DNA of 63,472 nt, filler included, from Octopus bimaculoides (taxonomy: Eukaryota), in NCBI RefSeq assembly GCF_001194135.2. It is 5 parts of 5 records of this genome, joined end to end, with 100 filler letters (N's around TTAATTAATTAA, not from the genome) between each part and the next. Parts side by side here need not be neighbours in the genome. Positions count along the whole stretch, not along the records: positions 17,819 to 31,201 come from NC_068983.1; positions 31,302 to 51,172 come from NC_068987.1; 3 more parts are not named here. One strand, 5' to 3'. Positions 25,160 through 36,940 of the stretch are shown in pieces. A model generated the notes under the pieces. It ran no database searches. It saw only the letters and a list, made by a program, of their open reading frames with translations, and had not been told where the DNA came from. The translations under genes were made by a program, and so were the position numbers. Numbering within the stretch: position 1 is the first letter of the stretch; each line of letters opens with the position of its first letter.

Positions 25160-25465
25160 GATGAAAACTCACAGCTTATTTTGCTGTGTATGATGGAAAG
25201 TGTCAGCTTTCCACAGTCAGCAGACTATGGTGTCACTTGTTTACTGGTCATGCTTCAATAACCTTGCGAAGAATTCTTACAGCTTCAAGTAATGCTGATT
25301 TCTGTAGGTGTTCTGCCTTCACACTTGCACCAATCTATTTTCAGCCATGTTGGTAGCTGAGTGCTGATACTTCCAAGTGTGCCAATTATTATTGGTGTCA
25401 TGTCTACTCTCCTCATTGACCACAACATTCGTATTTTCCGCTTCAAATCGTCATAGTTGTGGGGA
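25160..25465 (-). pseudogene. R4/Dong-like non-LTR C-terminus and 3' UTR ending in (TAA)n(GAA)n
   Basis: NYDDLKRKIRMLWSMRRVDMTPIIIGTLGSIS, then frameshifted KAEHLQKSALLEAVRILRKVIEA*. Followed by the repeat at 25049-25157. Confidence 0.75.
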
Positions 25466-27624
25466 CTGAACCCGGAAACATGTGGACAGAATGCAAACTT
25501 CTTACCGCACAACCACCATAACTACGACTTTCACTCACAATAAAAATGTCTGGTGCGGTCTATGGCTATAATATAAATCAATTGCTCAAGGTGCCATACA
25601 ATGCAATCGAACCTGGGACCTCATTGCTACAAGGTAAACGTCTCACCCATTTAACCATGGTGCGTTCACAAAAGACTCAGAATAAGTATTTTAGTTGTAC
25701 GGTTGTTGATATGAAACTGCTGTTTATTTTGTTCTGTCCGCTCGAAGGAGTGGTTATGATAGACTCTTTGTTGCAATTAACCTTCATATGTAAGAACCCA
25801 ACCTATTTATTCCTTTTGTTCTTAAAATGATGTTTCCGTTTCCGATTATAGATAGTCGTTATATGTCTAGTGTGAGATTGGGAATCATCAGAAAGTCCAC
25901 AAACGCTAGATTCAACAAATTTTTATGAACTATCATTGATAAGAAACTATCTCTCACTTCGGAATGAGACAACTGGGTTCAGCTGCTTGGGCGCTGATTA
26001 TTTGGTACGGCTGACTGGACATTCAACATGTTTTGGCAACAGTACATTTTGACACCGGAGGCAAACATGTGCAGACGCATATATACAGACATAGACACAC
26101 GTACGCGCACGTAGGAATATATACTGATAGAAAGAGAGAGAGAGACAGAGAGAGAGGGAAAGAGAGAAAGAAAGAGAGAGAGGAAGGAAAGGGAAAGAGA
26201 GGAAGAGAGAGAAGGAGAGAATGATATTAAAATTTATTGAAAACAATTGACACAAGCACTTTCTCTCTCCTATACACATAAAAAGCAATATGCACGCACA
26301 TAAACAGAGAGGGAGAGAGGAGAGAGAGAGAGACTGCGTATTTTGTGTACGCGTGAAAGAGAGAGAGAGAGAAGGAGAGATAAAGGAGAAATAGTGTATT
26401 ATGTGTGTGTGCGCGCGAGAAAGAGTGAGTGTGAGAGGGAGAGAGAGAGAGAACGAGAAAGAGACAGAAGAATGGAGCGAATGAGAAAAGTATTAAAATA
26501 GGAGAAACACTAAAACATCTGATATGAAATAAGTTAGCATGGAATCAGTGACGCTACGTAAGCGACGCCAAAACGGCTATGCCATAGCGTCTCCCATCCG
26601 TCGACCGTGACCGAAACAACGCGGCAACTGAAATCTAGGTTTTCTGTTTAAAGACGGAAAAGTTTACAGTGCAGAACAACTTACGTGTTAGAACCTTCAT
26701 AAGTTAGTAGTGTGATCGATATTTGAACTTCACTTACCGACAGCCAGCTGTGACATATATGCGTTTTAAATCGCATGCGAAAAAAAAAAAAAAGAAGAAC
26801 AAACACATAAAAACAACGATCAGGAGGAATTTCAACCATGTTTCGTGGTCTGCTACCACAACAGCTCCTTTATAGGATCCAGTTAGCTGAAGACATCATC
26901 AGGAGGAACCACGTCCGGTTTCGGCCCCTACTCCTCTACCGTTTTGACGTGGCGGGGCCACCCCCTTTCGGAGGTGTCTTCAGCTCTGGTGTTGGGTGCA
27001 TGTCTTCTTTCACTGTTTGTGACTGTTCTAAATTTTTCATTCTTTTTTTTCTTCCGGGAACTGATTGAACACAAGCAAAGCTTGGTTCTGGGTTCGATTC
27101 CACAGCGCGGCACCATAGTAAAATGTCTTCTTCCCCCATAACTTTGTGTTAATAATTTTTGAGTGGATTAACGACTGACGGAAACCGTGAAGCGCACACA
27201 CATGTACACATACATACACACATACAAGCATACACATACACACACATACATACAAACACACACACATACACATTTATATACACAGTATAAGGAACTCTCT
27301 ACATTTAGGTATATAAATGGCGATCTTTCGATACCAATCCTCCTTTTTGCTTCAGCGTTTGTTTACATCAATTCGGCAATTTCCGTAATGAAAGAGGGAA
27401 AGGACGTTAGTCAGCGACAGCTTTGATCTGTTAGGTAGCAGACAGCAGGGACCCCCTCTCTTAAGAACACATGCTAGTTATCTCTCGCTTAGAAACCACC
27501 CTCGTAGATTAAAGTAGCGTACGTACGTCATCTGTTTCATCTGAACAATGCCTTTACGCTCCTTTTCCTCTCCACCACAACACTCCTCCTCCTCTGCCTC
27601 TTCCCCCCTCTCTCTCTCTCACTC

Positions 27625-27846
27625 TGGGCGGCACGCTGGCAGAAACGTTAGCACGCCGGGCGAAATGCTTAGCGGTATTTCGTCTGCCACTGCGTTCTGA
27701 GTTCAAATTCCGCCGAGGTCGACTTTGCCTTTCATCCTTTCGGGGTCGATAAATTAAGTACCAGTTACGTACTGGGTCGATATAATCGACTTAATCCATT
27801 TGTCTGTCCTTGTTTGTCCCCTCTGTGTGTAGCCCCTTGTGGGCAG
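27625..27846 (+). mobile_element. SINE family A monomer (alpha tail)
   Basis: Full head ggcggcacgctggcagaaacgttagcacgccgggcg through tail gccccttgtgggcag. Confidence 0.9.
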
Positions 27847-28729
27847 TGTGGTGTGTGCGTACGAGTAGATGTAATCGCCTTACCNNNNNNNNNNNNNNNN
27901 NNNNNNNNNNNNNNNNNNNNNNNNNNNNNNNNNNNNNNNNNNNNNNNNNNNNNNNNNNNNNNNNNNNNNNNNNNNNNNNNNNNNNNNNNNNNNNNNNNNN
28001 NNNNNNNNNNNNNNNNNNNNNNNNNNNNNNNNNNNNNNNNNNNNNNNNNNNNNNNNNNNNNNNNNNNNNNNNNNNNNNNNNNNNNNNNNNNNNNNNNNNN
28101 NNNNNNNNNNNNNNNNNNNNNNNNNNNNNNNNNNNNNNNNNNNNNNNNNNNNNNNNNNNNNNNNNNNNNNNNNNNNNNNNNNNNNNNNNNNNNNNNNNNN
28201 NNNNNNNNNNNNNNNNNNNNNNNNNNNNNNNNNNNNNNNNNNNNNNNNNNNNNNNNNNNNNNNNNNNNNNNNNNNNNNNNNNNNNNNNNNNNNNNNNNNN
28301 NNNNNNNNNNNNNNNNNNNNNNNNNNNNNNNNNNNNNNNNNNNNNNNNNNNNNNNNNNNNNNNNNNNNNNNNNNNNNNNNNNNNNNNNNNNNNNNNNNNN
28401 NNNNNNNNNNNNNNNNNNNNNNNNNNNNNNNNNNNNNNNNNNNNNNNNNNNNNNNNNNNNNNNNNNNNNNNNNNNNNNNNNNNNNNNNNNNNNNNNNNNN
28501 NNNNNNNNNNNNNNNNNNNNNNNNNNNNNNNNNNNNNNNNNNNNNNNNNNNNNNNNNNNNNNNNNNNNNNNNNNNNNNNNNNNNNNNNNNNNNNNNNNNN
28601 NNNNNNNNNNNNNNNNNNNNNNNNNNNNNNNNNNNNNNNNNNNNNNNNNNNNNNNNNNNNNNNNNNNNNNNNNNNNNNNNNNNNNNNNNNNNNNNNNNNN
28701 NNNNNNNNNNNNNNNNNNNNNNNNNNNNN

Positions 28730-28985
28730 TCCACAGGACCCCTCTCCAAGAATATCCCGTTCAGAATGCGGGCAATCTCATCGGCAATGCCTGTCCTCAG
28801 CTCCCTCCAAATGACCAGCCGGCCCGGCCCGCAGTCGACCTTGCTGAGATACATTTCCTGACGGTAGTGCGTCACATCCACAGCCAGTCTCCTCCAGTTG
28901 CACTCTACTGAGAGGTTCCCCTGCTCATGCCCACCCGGGGCGGGGTCAATGGACTGGCATCTGTCACATTTCGCGACCACTTTCT
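28730..28985 (-). pseudogene. Ty3/Gypsy integrase fragment
   Basis: KCDRCQSIDPAP (end of the zinc-binding motif), then WRRLAVDVTHY..YLSKVDCGPGR..IFLERGPV (first D of the DDE core). The rest lies in the gap. Confidence 0.8.
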
Positions 28986-29172
28986 TAACGAAATAGGTAT
29001 TTCGTCTGCCGTTACGTTATGAGTTCAAATTCTGCCGAGGTCGACTTAGCTTTTCATCCTTTAGGGGTCGATTTAATAAGTACCAGTTACGCACTGGGGT
29101 CGATGTAATTGACTTAACCCCTTTGTCTGTCCTTGTTTGTCCCCTCTTATGTTTAGCGGCCTGTGGGCAATA
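28986..29172 (+). mobile_element. SINE family A headless unit (second half of a dimer)
   Basis: Starts taacgaaataggtatttcgtctgcc; alpha tail. Confidence 0.85.
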
Positions 29173-29930
29173 TATACATATTAGAACAAATGGATAGACA
29201 GGAAAATTACCTATCGCTAATCTTCATTTAGGCAGCTACCATGTTCCTGCATTTAGAATTACATTCAAACTTGGAATTAACGCGCAAGTTCGACCTGAGC
29301 ACTAATTGTATGCTTCTTTTATCTTACATCATCTGACAAAATTGTATTACCTACAATTATATACACAAACATACATACATATATNNNNNNNNNNTATATA
29401 TATATATATATATGTATGCATATATGTATTTATATGTGTCTGTCTGTGCGCGTGTGTGTATGTGCTCGCGCAGGCGTGTGAAGACGAAACAAAAGTACCA
29501 ACTGCTTATTCCACAACGTATTGAAATAGTTCAAATGTGTTACAGTGATCAAAACAAAACGACCACCATTTTACATATTTCTGAGAGCTTACGGAATTAA
29601 ACCAACAAATACAAATTACATGCCTTTCTGTTTGAACAAAAGGGCCTATAAATATACACACACCATTAATGGTCCTGTATGGAATGAAATCAGGCTTCAA
29701 TAGAGTATTAGTAATTATTGTACGAAAATAAAAATGATAATACTAATACAATTTTGATTCCCACAAATATCTGTTCATTTATAATACTAATTGCTTCGTT
29801 TGGGTTCAATAACTTTTAACATTCTCCGGGAATGTTTTTTTCTTACTGTTTGTCTGTCACAAGCTTGAAATTGTTACATGTTAATGTGAGTGTGTGCGTA
29901 TGTAAGTGTGGTCGTGTTAGTGTGTTTCAT

Positions 29931-29980
<50 letters not shown>

Positions 29981-30106
29981 CGATGCCTTTTCGTCGTTAT
30001 CCCCATTTTAATTTTTTACTTTATTTTCGTCCCCATCGAAAAGAAAAACTCTACATTTGTATTTTGTCCCCTCTATGTTGAGCCCTGTGTGGCTAATAAA
30101 GAAACA
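29981..30106 (+). mobile_element. Short 3' UTR-like fragment embedded in (TATC)n
   Basis: Ends tgtattttgtcccctctatgttgagccctgtgtggctaataaagaaa with (TATC)n on both sides. The same end occurs reversed at 51127-51172, next to (GATA)n. Confidence 0.65.
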
Positions 30107-30189
<83 letters not shown>

Positions 30190-30282
30190 TTGTCTACAGT
30201 TCAACATGTGCAACCGTTAATTCAGACACGTTTTTCTCTCTTTCCAAATTTCCTTCGCTCAGTCTGTTTTCTCTCGTTGTTG

Positions 30283-30319
30283 CTTTCTGTAGAAAAGCGT
30301 AGGCTCGAAATGTCAAAGA
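30283..30319 (+). ncRNA. Hammerhead-like motif, U6 variant (second copy)
   Basis: CTTT-CTGTAGA-A-AAGC(gtag)GCTC-GAAA-TGTC^AAAGA. The flank (ctttttccaattttcccgagcatca) matches the reverse complement of 17820-17900. Confidence 0.55.
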
Positions 30320-30689
30320 CTTTTTCCAATTTTCCCGAGCATCAAACAATACGTTGTTTGTTGTTCCTTCGCCTGTCTGTCTTATGTTGTTTGTTTAGAC
30401 ACACACACACACACATGGTGGCTGTCTACTCCTTATGCAAAGTCTGACTACCTCCTGTACTTACACCTTAGATCCATCATGGCATCTGATGTGGCTTTTT
30501 AAACCAGGGAATGTATTGAAAAGACATCCTCATAGATTGCATATCTGATTTAGACCACCAAAAGCTGCAGTTATGTTCTGATCTTCGTGGATTTCTTTTG
30601 AGGCCCCCGTTAGATTTGCAGACCTTATGGCATACACGGCATTGAAAGGTGCGCACAGATATATAGGCAGAGTAGTCGGTGGATGTTTG

Positions 30690-30965
30690 TTTTTCATGGT
30701 TCTATAAATGAGATTTGAGTCCAACAAAAGAAAGGCATGGTCTGTCACAGACTGTGCACACAAAAAGGTCGCTGAGATTCACCTTCTCGATCACAATATT
30801 CTTCTTTAAATCTCTCATTAGTCTTTTATATGTCATCCTGGTCTTCTCAGAAAATCTCACTTCACTCCACACTTTTGTTCGCTATCCAGCTCGATCCGAA
30901 GCAAGGGTTTCTATGGCCTTTGGATCCATTCCAAAAGACTTCATGGTAGTCCTTATGCCGTCCTT
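30690..30965 (-). pseudogene. RTE-clade LINE ORF C-terminus with CxxC..H tail
   Basis: KDGIRTTMKSFGMDPKAIETLASDRAG*..FVCTVCDRPCLSFVGLKSHL. Confidence 0.7.
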
Positions 30966-30969
30966 AAAC

Positions 30970-31035
<66 letters not shown>

Positions 31036-31036
<1 letters not shown>

Positions 31037-31201
31037 ACTTCCAGAGATCCCTGGCCTGGCAGTGTTACCGAGAGGCGCTACCCGTTCGGGATAAGCTCTA
31101 TAGACACGGCTCGCGAAATGCGGGGCCGACCTGTCCGAGATGCGGTCAGAGCGATGAAACCGTTCTGCACGCACTCGTGCAGTGTCCAACCATTTCGGAG
31201 C
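31036..31201 (+). pseudogene. Tx1/L1-like ORF2 C-terminal zinc knuckle, 5'-truncated at (TATC)n
   Basis: NFQRSLAWQCYREALPVRDKLYRHG..PTCPRCGQSDETVLHALVQCP (CxxC-ETxxH-xxxC). CpG-rich, so probably young. Confidence 0.8.
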
Positions 31202-31303
31202 NNNNNNNNNNNNNNNNNNNNNNNNNNNNNNNNNNNNNNNNNNNNTTAATTAATTAANNNNNNNNNNNNNNNNNNNNNNNNNNNNNNNNNNNNNNNNNNN
31301 NCG

Positions 31304-31348
<45 letters not shown>

Positions 31349-31667
31349 TAAATGAAAAAAGAAACGTATTATTTTCGATCGTGTTTTCATAACTTCAACA
31401 TTATATTTTAGTGATGTGGCGGAAATTAAACAGAGCAACTCTAGGGGAAAAAAATGAAGAAAATATTGAAATTATATAACAGCAAATGTACATATATATA
31501 TCTAAAGAATACGAATGAAAATAGCTGTCAATTTGTAACTACATGGTTATTACAAATAGATAGATAAATATATATATATTAACTGGTAAATATGATAATT
31601 CAGATGCAATTTTATCTAAAATATATTGATTTAGAATGTGTAGATGAGCATATAGCTCAGCCAATTT

Positions 31668-31973
31668 TAAACGAATGATTGCAAGCCAAAGAGAGGGAGC
31701 CTCTATGCAACGATTTGTCCTACAGGAGATAGCAACGAAACCGCTTTGGAATATTGCAAATATGAGTGTGTAGCGTAAATGGGTTTCGAAGGAATGATTA
31801 CAAGGCAACAAAAGAGTCTCTATGCAATGATTCGTCCTACAAGAAATAGCAATTAAACCGCTTGGAAATGTTGTAAAGAAAAGTGTATAACGCAACCGCG
31901 TTTCGAACGATTGATTATTACAAACAAACGAGAGAATCTCTATGGAATGTTTGATTTATCCTACAAGAAATAG
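31668..31973 (+). repeat. About 120-bp tandem repeat, about 2.6 diverged units
   Basis: Recurring aatgatt..ctctatgcaa.gatt.gtcctacaag.aatagc..aaaccgct..gtttcga. Confidence 0.75.
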
Positions 31974-32406
31974 ACCATTCTACTATAAAGCACAAGACCT
32001 GGATTTTTGTAGAGTACGGGGACAATCGATCACATCCACCCCAGTACTTGACTGGTACTCAATTTATCGATCCCGAAGAGATGAAAGGCAAAGTCTAGCT
32101 CGCCGGAATTTGAACGCAGAACGTAACGACAGACGAAATACCGTTAAGCATTTCGCTTGGCGTGCTAACGTTTCTTATTTCCTTATTGCCCACAAGGGGC
32201 TAAACATAGAGGGGACAAAAAAGGACAAACAAAGGGGTTAACTCGATTACATCGACCCCAGCGTGTAACTGGTACTTAATTTATCGACTCCGAAAGGATG
32301 AAAGGCAAAGTCGACCTCGGCGGTATGTGAACTGAGAACGTAACGACAGACGAAATGCTGCTAAGCATTTCGCCCGGCGTGTAAACGTTCCTGCCAGCTC
32401 GCCGTT
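31974..32406 (-). mobile_element. Dimeric SINE family A (alpha unit + beta unit) with 19-bp TSD
   Basis: tttatcctacaagaaatag at 31955-31973 and 32407-32425 flanks both monomers together. Confidence 0.9.
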
Positions 32407-33280
32407 TTTATCCTACAAGAAATAGTAATAACATCCAAACTACTCTCAGATGATAGTCTTTGATCTTAAGAAAAACAAAGAATTCATAGGGAAATGCATT
32501 GCTATCTTTTACGTTTTATTCGATTCTGCAAAATAGGGGTAGCTATTATTTTTCTTCGTTGATTGTTTACTCTGTACGTCCAATCTGTTGCCAATCTGTT
32601 GCTCCAATCTGGAGCATCCAGAAATTTCAAAAATATAAAATTCGTGGTGTGTTAGTGCTTCAAACGAACAAACAGCAAAAGAGTGGACGTACATTGTAAA
32701 CAATCAACGAAGACAAACGTTAAGGGCCGTTAGGCCAAGATGCATTATGATGGATAACGCCTGGGAGAAAATTTTGAAATTAATAGAAGAGAAAAAATAG
32801 GAGGAGAGAGAAAGGACGTCCAGCTAGATGGACTTCGTGTCCAGAAAAGAAAGAGGAGAGAGATATGGACTGTAGTCATGTGTGAGCAAAGAGGCAGAGG
32901 GGGAGAAGGACAAGAGGGAGGATGAGGGGAAGAAACAAAGAGAGTGAGAAGGAGGGAGAAGGAGTGGAAGAAAGACAGATAGGGAACAGCAAAGAACGAG
33001 GGGTGGGGGAACGGAAAATGTAGAGGATTATAGAGGGAGAGAGAGAAAGAAAGAAAATAGAGTGTGGAGTTGCAAAAACTATAAATAAAGGCAAGAACTT
33101 AATGCGGACAAGGCTGCGCGGGGTTCGATTATGGATAATAGAAAATACAGATTAAGTACAGGACATCAGCAACGAGTGAATATATATAAATATTCGGATA
33201 AGCATGTGTGTGCGCATATTTGTAGTGTATGTATATGTATGTATATATATATATATATGTATGTTTGTATTATATATATA

Positions 33281-33405
33281 CTCTTTTACTCTTTTACTTG
33301 TTTCAGTCATTTGACTGCAGCCATGCTGGAGCAACGCCTTTAATCGAGCAAATCGACCCCATGACTTATTCTTTGGAAGCCTAGTACTTATTCTATCGGT
33401 GTCTT
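33281..33405 (-). mobile_element. SINE family B 3' end (rest in gap)
   Basis: ctcttttactcttttacttgtttcagtcatttgactgcagccatgctggagc. Confidence 0.85.
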
Positions 33406-35003
33406 NNNNNNNNNNNNNNNNNNNNNNNNNNNNNNNNNNNNNNNNNNNNNNNNNNNNNNNNNNNNNNNNNNNNNNNNNNNNNNNNNNNNNNNNNNNNNNN
33501 NNNNNNNNNNNNNNNNNNNNNNNNNNNNNNNNNNNNNNNNNNNNNNNNNNNNNNNNNNNNNNNNNNNNNNNNNNNNNNNNNNNNNNNNNNNNNNNNNNNN
33601 NNNNNNNNNNNNNNNNNNNNNNNNNNNNNNNNNNNNNNNNNNNNNNNNNNNNNNNNNNNNNNNNNNNNNNNNNNNNNNNNNNNNNNNNNNNNNNNNNNNN
33701 NNNNNNNNNNNNNNNNNNNNNNNNNNNNNNNNNNNNNNNNNNNNNNNNNNNNNNNNNNNNNNNNNNNNNNNNNNNNNNNNNNNNNNNNNNNNNNNNNNNN
33801 NNNNNNNNNNNNNNNNNNNNNNNNNNNNNNNNNNNNNNNNNNNNNNNNNNNNNNNNNNNNNNNNNNNNNNNNNNNNNNNNNNNNNNNNNNNNNNNNNNNN
33901 NNNNNNNNNNNNNNNNNNNNNNNNNNNNNNNNNNNNNNNNNNNNNNNNNNNNNNNNNNNNNNNNNNNNNNNNNNNNNNNNNNNNNNNNNNNNNNNNNNNN
34001 NNNNNNNNNNNNNNNNNNNNNNNNNNNNNNNNNNNNNNNNATATATATATATATATATATATATATAATGAGCACCCACTTACCCCAAAGATATAGGTTA
34101 GATGTGACATACTTTTTGCTATTTACCCTCCGTTTTGCAACTGTCTGCATAAAAATACGTAAACATATATATATCTGAACTATGCACACACACGATTTAT
34201 CGTTTGATTGTTTATACACACAAACATACACATTTATACATATTATCAATCGTTTGAATATAAGCACGTATGTATGTGTATAAGTATGCATATATATATA
34301 TATGTATCCCAATACATGTACACGCCTCTGTGTGTGTGTCTGTGTAAGATAGAGAGAGAGAGAGAGAGATCGGTGTGTATATGGATGTATATGTGTATGT
34401 GTGCATGGGTGAGTAATGACTCCTTATAATCATTTTTATTTATCGGTCGGTAAATCAAGCAAAACAGGTGAGAAAGGTTTGGCAAGCAGTAAAGCAGCAA
34501 CATTTGGACAGCCACCAGAGATAGTGCCACGATTAAGAATGTACATCTTATTATGTCCAACGACGGGAAACATCAAATCTAGCTTTGTTGTTTTTATTCC
34601 TTTCTATTTCAACGACCCTATTTACACCACACACACTCTCTCTCTCTCTCTCTCCCTCTGTGTTATCTTTTTATAATATCTAATTTTTCTTTATTTGCAA
34701 CTCATAAACGCGTTAGCGGCGTCTAACTAGATTTGAAAATAATAGGACGTGTCTCGGCAATATGGCTACATGGCAGTCACAGAAAATAGAGCAGGTTCTA
34801 CACCAGTGCCAGGCAGACACACGGTTCTTAATAATGCCTTGCATTCTATAAAATGGTAATCAATGTAGATCCGGCAAAGTAATGAGGAATAAGTAACAAA
34901 ACAAAACAAAAATAATGCAGGAGGCACAGAAATAGTTAATGGTGGAAATGAAATGGTTTTAGAACGATCATGTGTGTGATTGTGAGCTTATGTACGCGCC
35001 GGC

Positions 35004-35097
<94 letters not shown>

Positions 35098-35388
35098 ACT
35101 TCAGTATATATGTCTTTATATTTTTATTGTTACTATTTTTCGTCGGAGGGAGTCGGTTTCTATCAAAAAAACAACAAAAAACGAAAGTTCCATCACTGGA
35201 ATTTGAATAAAAACAAGGATAATTCTTACATCTCAAAGTCTTGCCTATTTTTGCTATTCCCCTTAAGGATTGCTTCTGTGAAGTTCGTGTGAGCCACAAA
35301 CACACACGCACACGCATATACGTATCGATAGACAGACAGATAGACAGACAGACAGACAGACAGACAGGCTGACGGGCAGGTAGGCAAT

Positions 35389-35429
<41 letters not shown>

Positions 35430-35711
35430 TCATCTGAGGATTGCAAATGGGGAAAAAAGACTTGGTAACCCCAGAACTCATTTATTTGTTAGAAGCAGAT
35501 GATGTACATTGTAGCGGCTACTTCGTCCTCCTCGCTATTGCGCATGCGGTCAGTACTTTGAGAAAAAAAATCCGATTTGAAACATATTAGATATCAATAT
35601 TTATACTGATATGAAAATTAATTTTAATATTTTAATTATTATTAATATTGATATTTGTATTAATTGTAAAAATAAAATAAATAGTAAAAATTGAATGAAT
35701 AGTAAAATAAA

Positions 35712-36072
35712 AGAAGAGCACTCAGAGAGCGCAAACCTCTGCCAAGGCAACACCACCATCCTCTCAACGATTAGCCAGAGGTGAGTTGTTTTAAAATGAG
35801 AATATCTGAAATAAACTCGAATGCTCTCACAAACGAGAATACTAAAAATGAACCTGACCACTCTCAAAAATTAAATAAAAAAAAAACAGGAAATATAATC
35901 CAGAATCCTTGTACGGTATCGGTTCAATCCCAAATCTAATCGGTTCGTGCCAATCAGGAGGCCAAACATCCCTGAAAGTTTCATCCGAATCCATCTTGCG
36001 GTTCTTGAGATATCTTATACATGGACAAACACGACTGGAAACAATACCTGTGCCTTCGCTAAGACGGAGGTA
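35712..36072 (+). mobile_element. Helentron/HINE-like non-autonomous element
   Basis: 5' aagagcactcagagagcgcaaacctctgcc (subterminal repeat) and 3' decayed hairpin acctgtgcc-ttcgctaa-gacggaggt, whose right arm is complementary to the 5' subterminal repeat. Confidence 0.55.
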
Positions 36073-36107
36073 ATGAATTAATTACTGTGATTCTTTCATC
36101 AGTGACA

Positions 36108-36345
36108 GGCACATGGCCTAGTGGTTAGCGTGTTGCGATACCAAGATCATGGTTTCAATATCTAGACCGGGTGGTGTATTGTGTTCTTGAGCAAAACGCT
36201 TCATCTCGTGTTAGATGGTACATCGTGCGCCGGTTCAGGCAACGTCGATTTGTTAGAAGGAGTGAGGTAATGTGCAGCACATACCATTGATCACTATAAA
36301 CAAATAATTTGTGCAGGTCGTTTGGCCAAAACAAAAAAGAGTCTG
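36108..36345 (+). mobile_element. tRNA-headed SINE, family D
   Basis: ggcacatggcctagtggttagc (A-box-like). Body shared with 9823-10116. Confidence 0.7.
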
Positions 36346-36493
36346 CTCGCTCAAACGTCGTTGTCTTCGACGGGAGAGGCCATCGTTGGTCAGATATATA
36401 AAGATAGTATTGTGATGTGTGCGTACTTAGGACGTACAGGAACGTGAGCCTGGTTTGTGCTATTTGTAGCATTATTATTATACTTGCCTGTGA

Positions 36494-36940
36494 GGCAGCG
36501 AGCTGGCAGAAACGTTAGCACTCTGAGCGAAATGCTTAGCGGTATTTCGTCTGTCTTTACCTTCTGAGATCAAGTTCTGCCGTGGTCGACTTTGCCTTTC
36601 ATCTTTTCGAGGTCGATAATTTAAGTACCAGTTGCATACTGAGGTCGATCTAAATGACTGGTCCCTTCTCCGAAAATTTCGGGCCTTGTAGAAAAAAAAT
36701 GTTAATTCTCCTCACTGAGGCTGCGAGCTGGCAGAATCGTTAGCATGGCTGCGAAATGCTTAGTCGTATTTCATCTGCCTCTACGTTCTGAGTTCAAATT
36801 CCGCCGAGGTCAACTTTCAACTTTGCCTTTCCTCTTTTCGGGATCGATTAAATAAGTACCAGTCACGCACTGGAGTCGTTGTAATCGACTTAATCCCTTC
36901 CCTCAAATTTGAGGCCTTGTGCTTTCAGTAGAAAGGGTTA
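36494..36940 (+). mobile_element. Two adjacent SINE family A monomers (beta tails)
   Basis: Heads at about 36494 and about 36718, each ending ggccttgt...gtagaaa. Confidence 0.85.
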
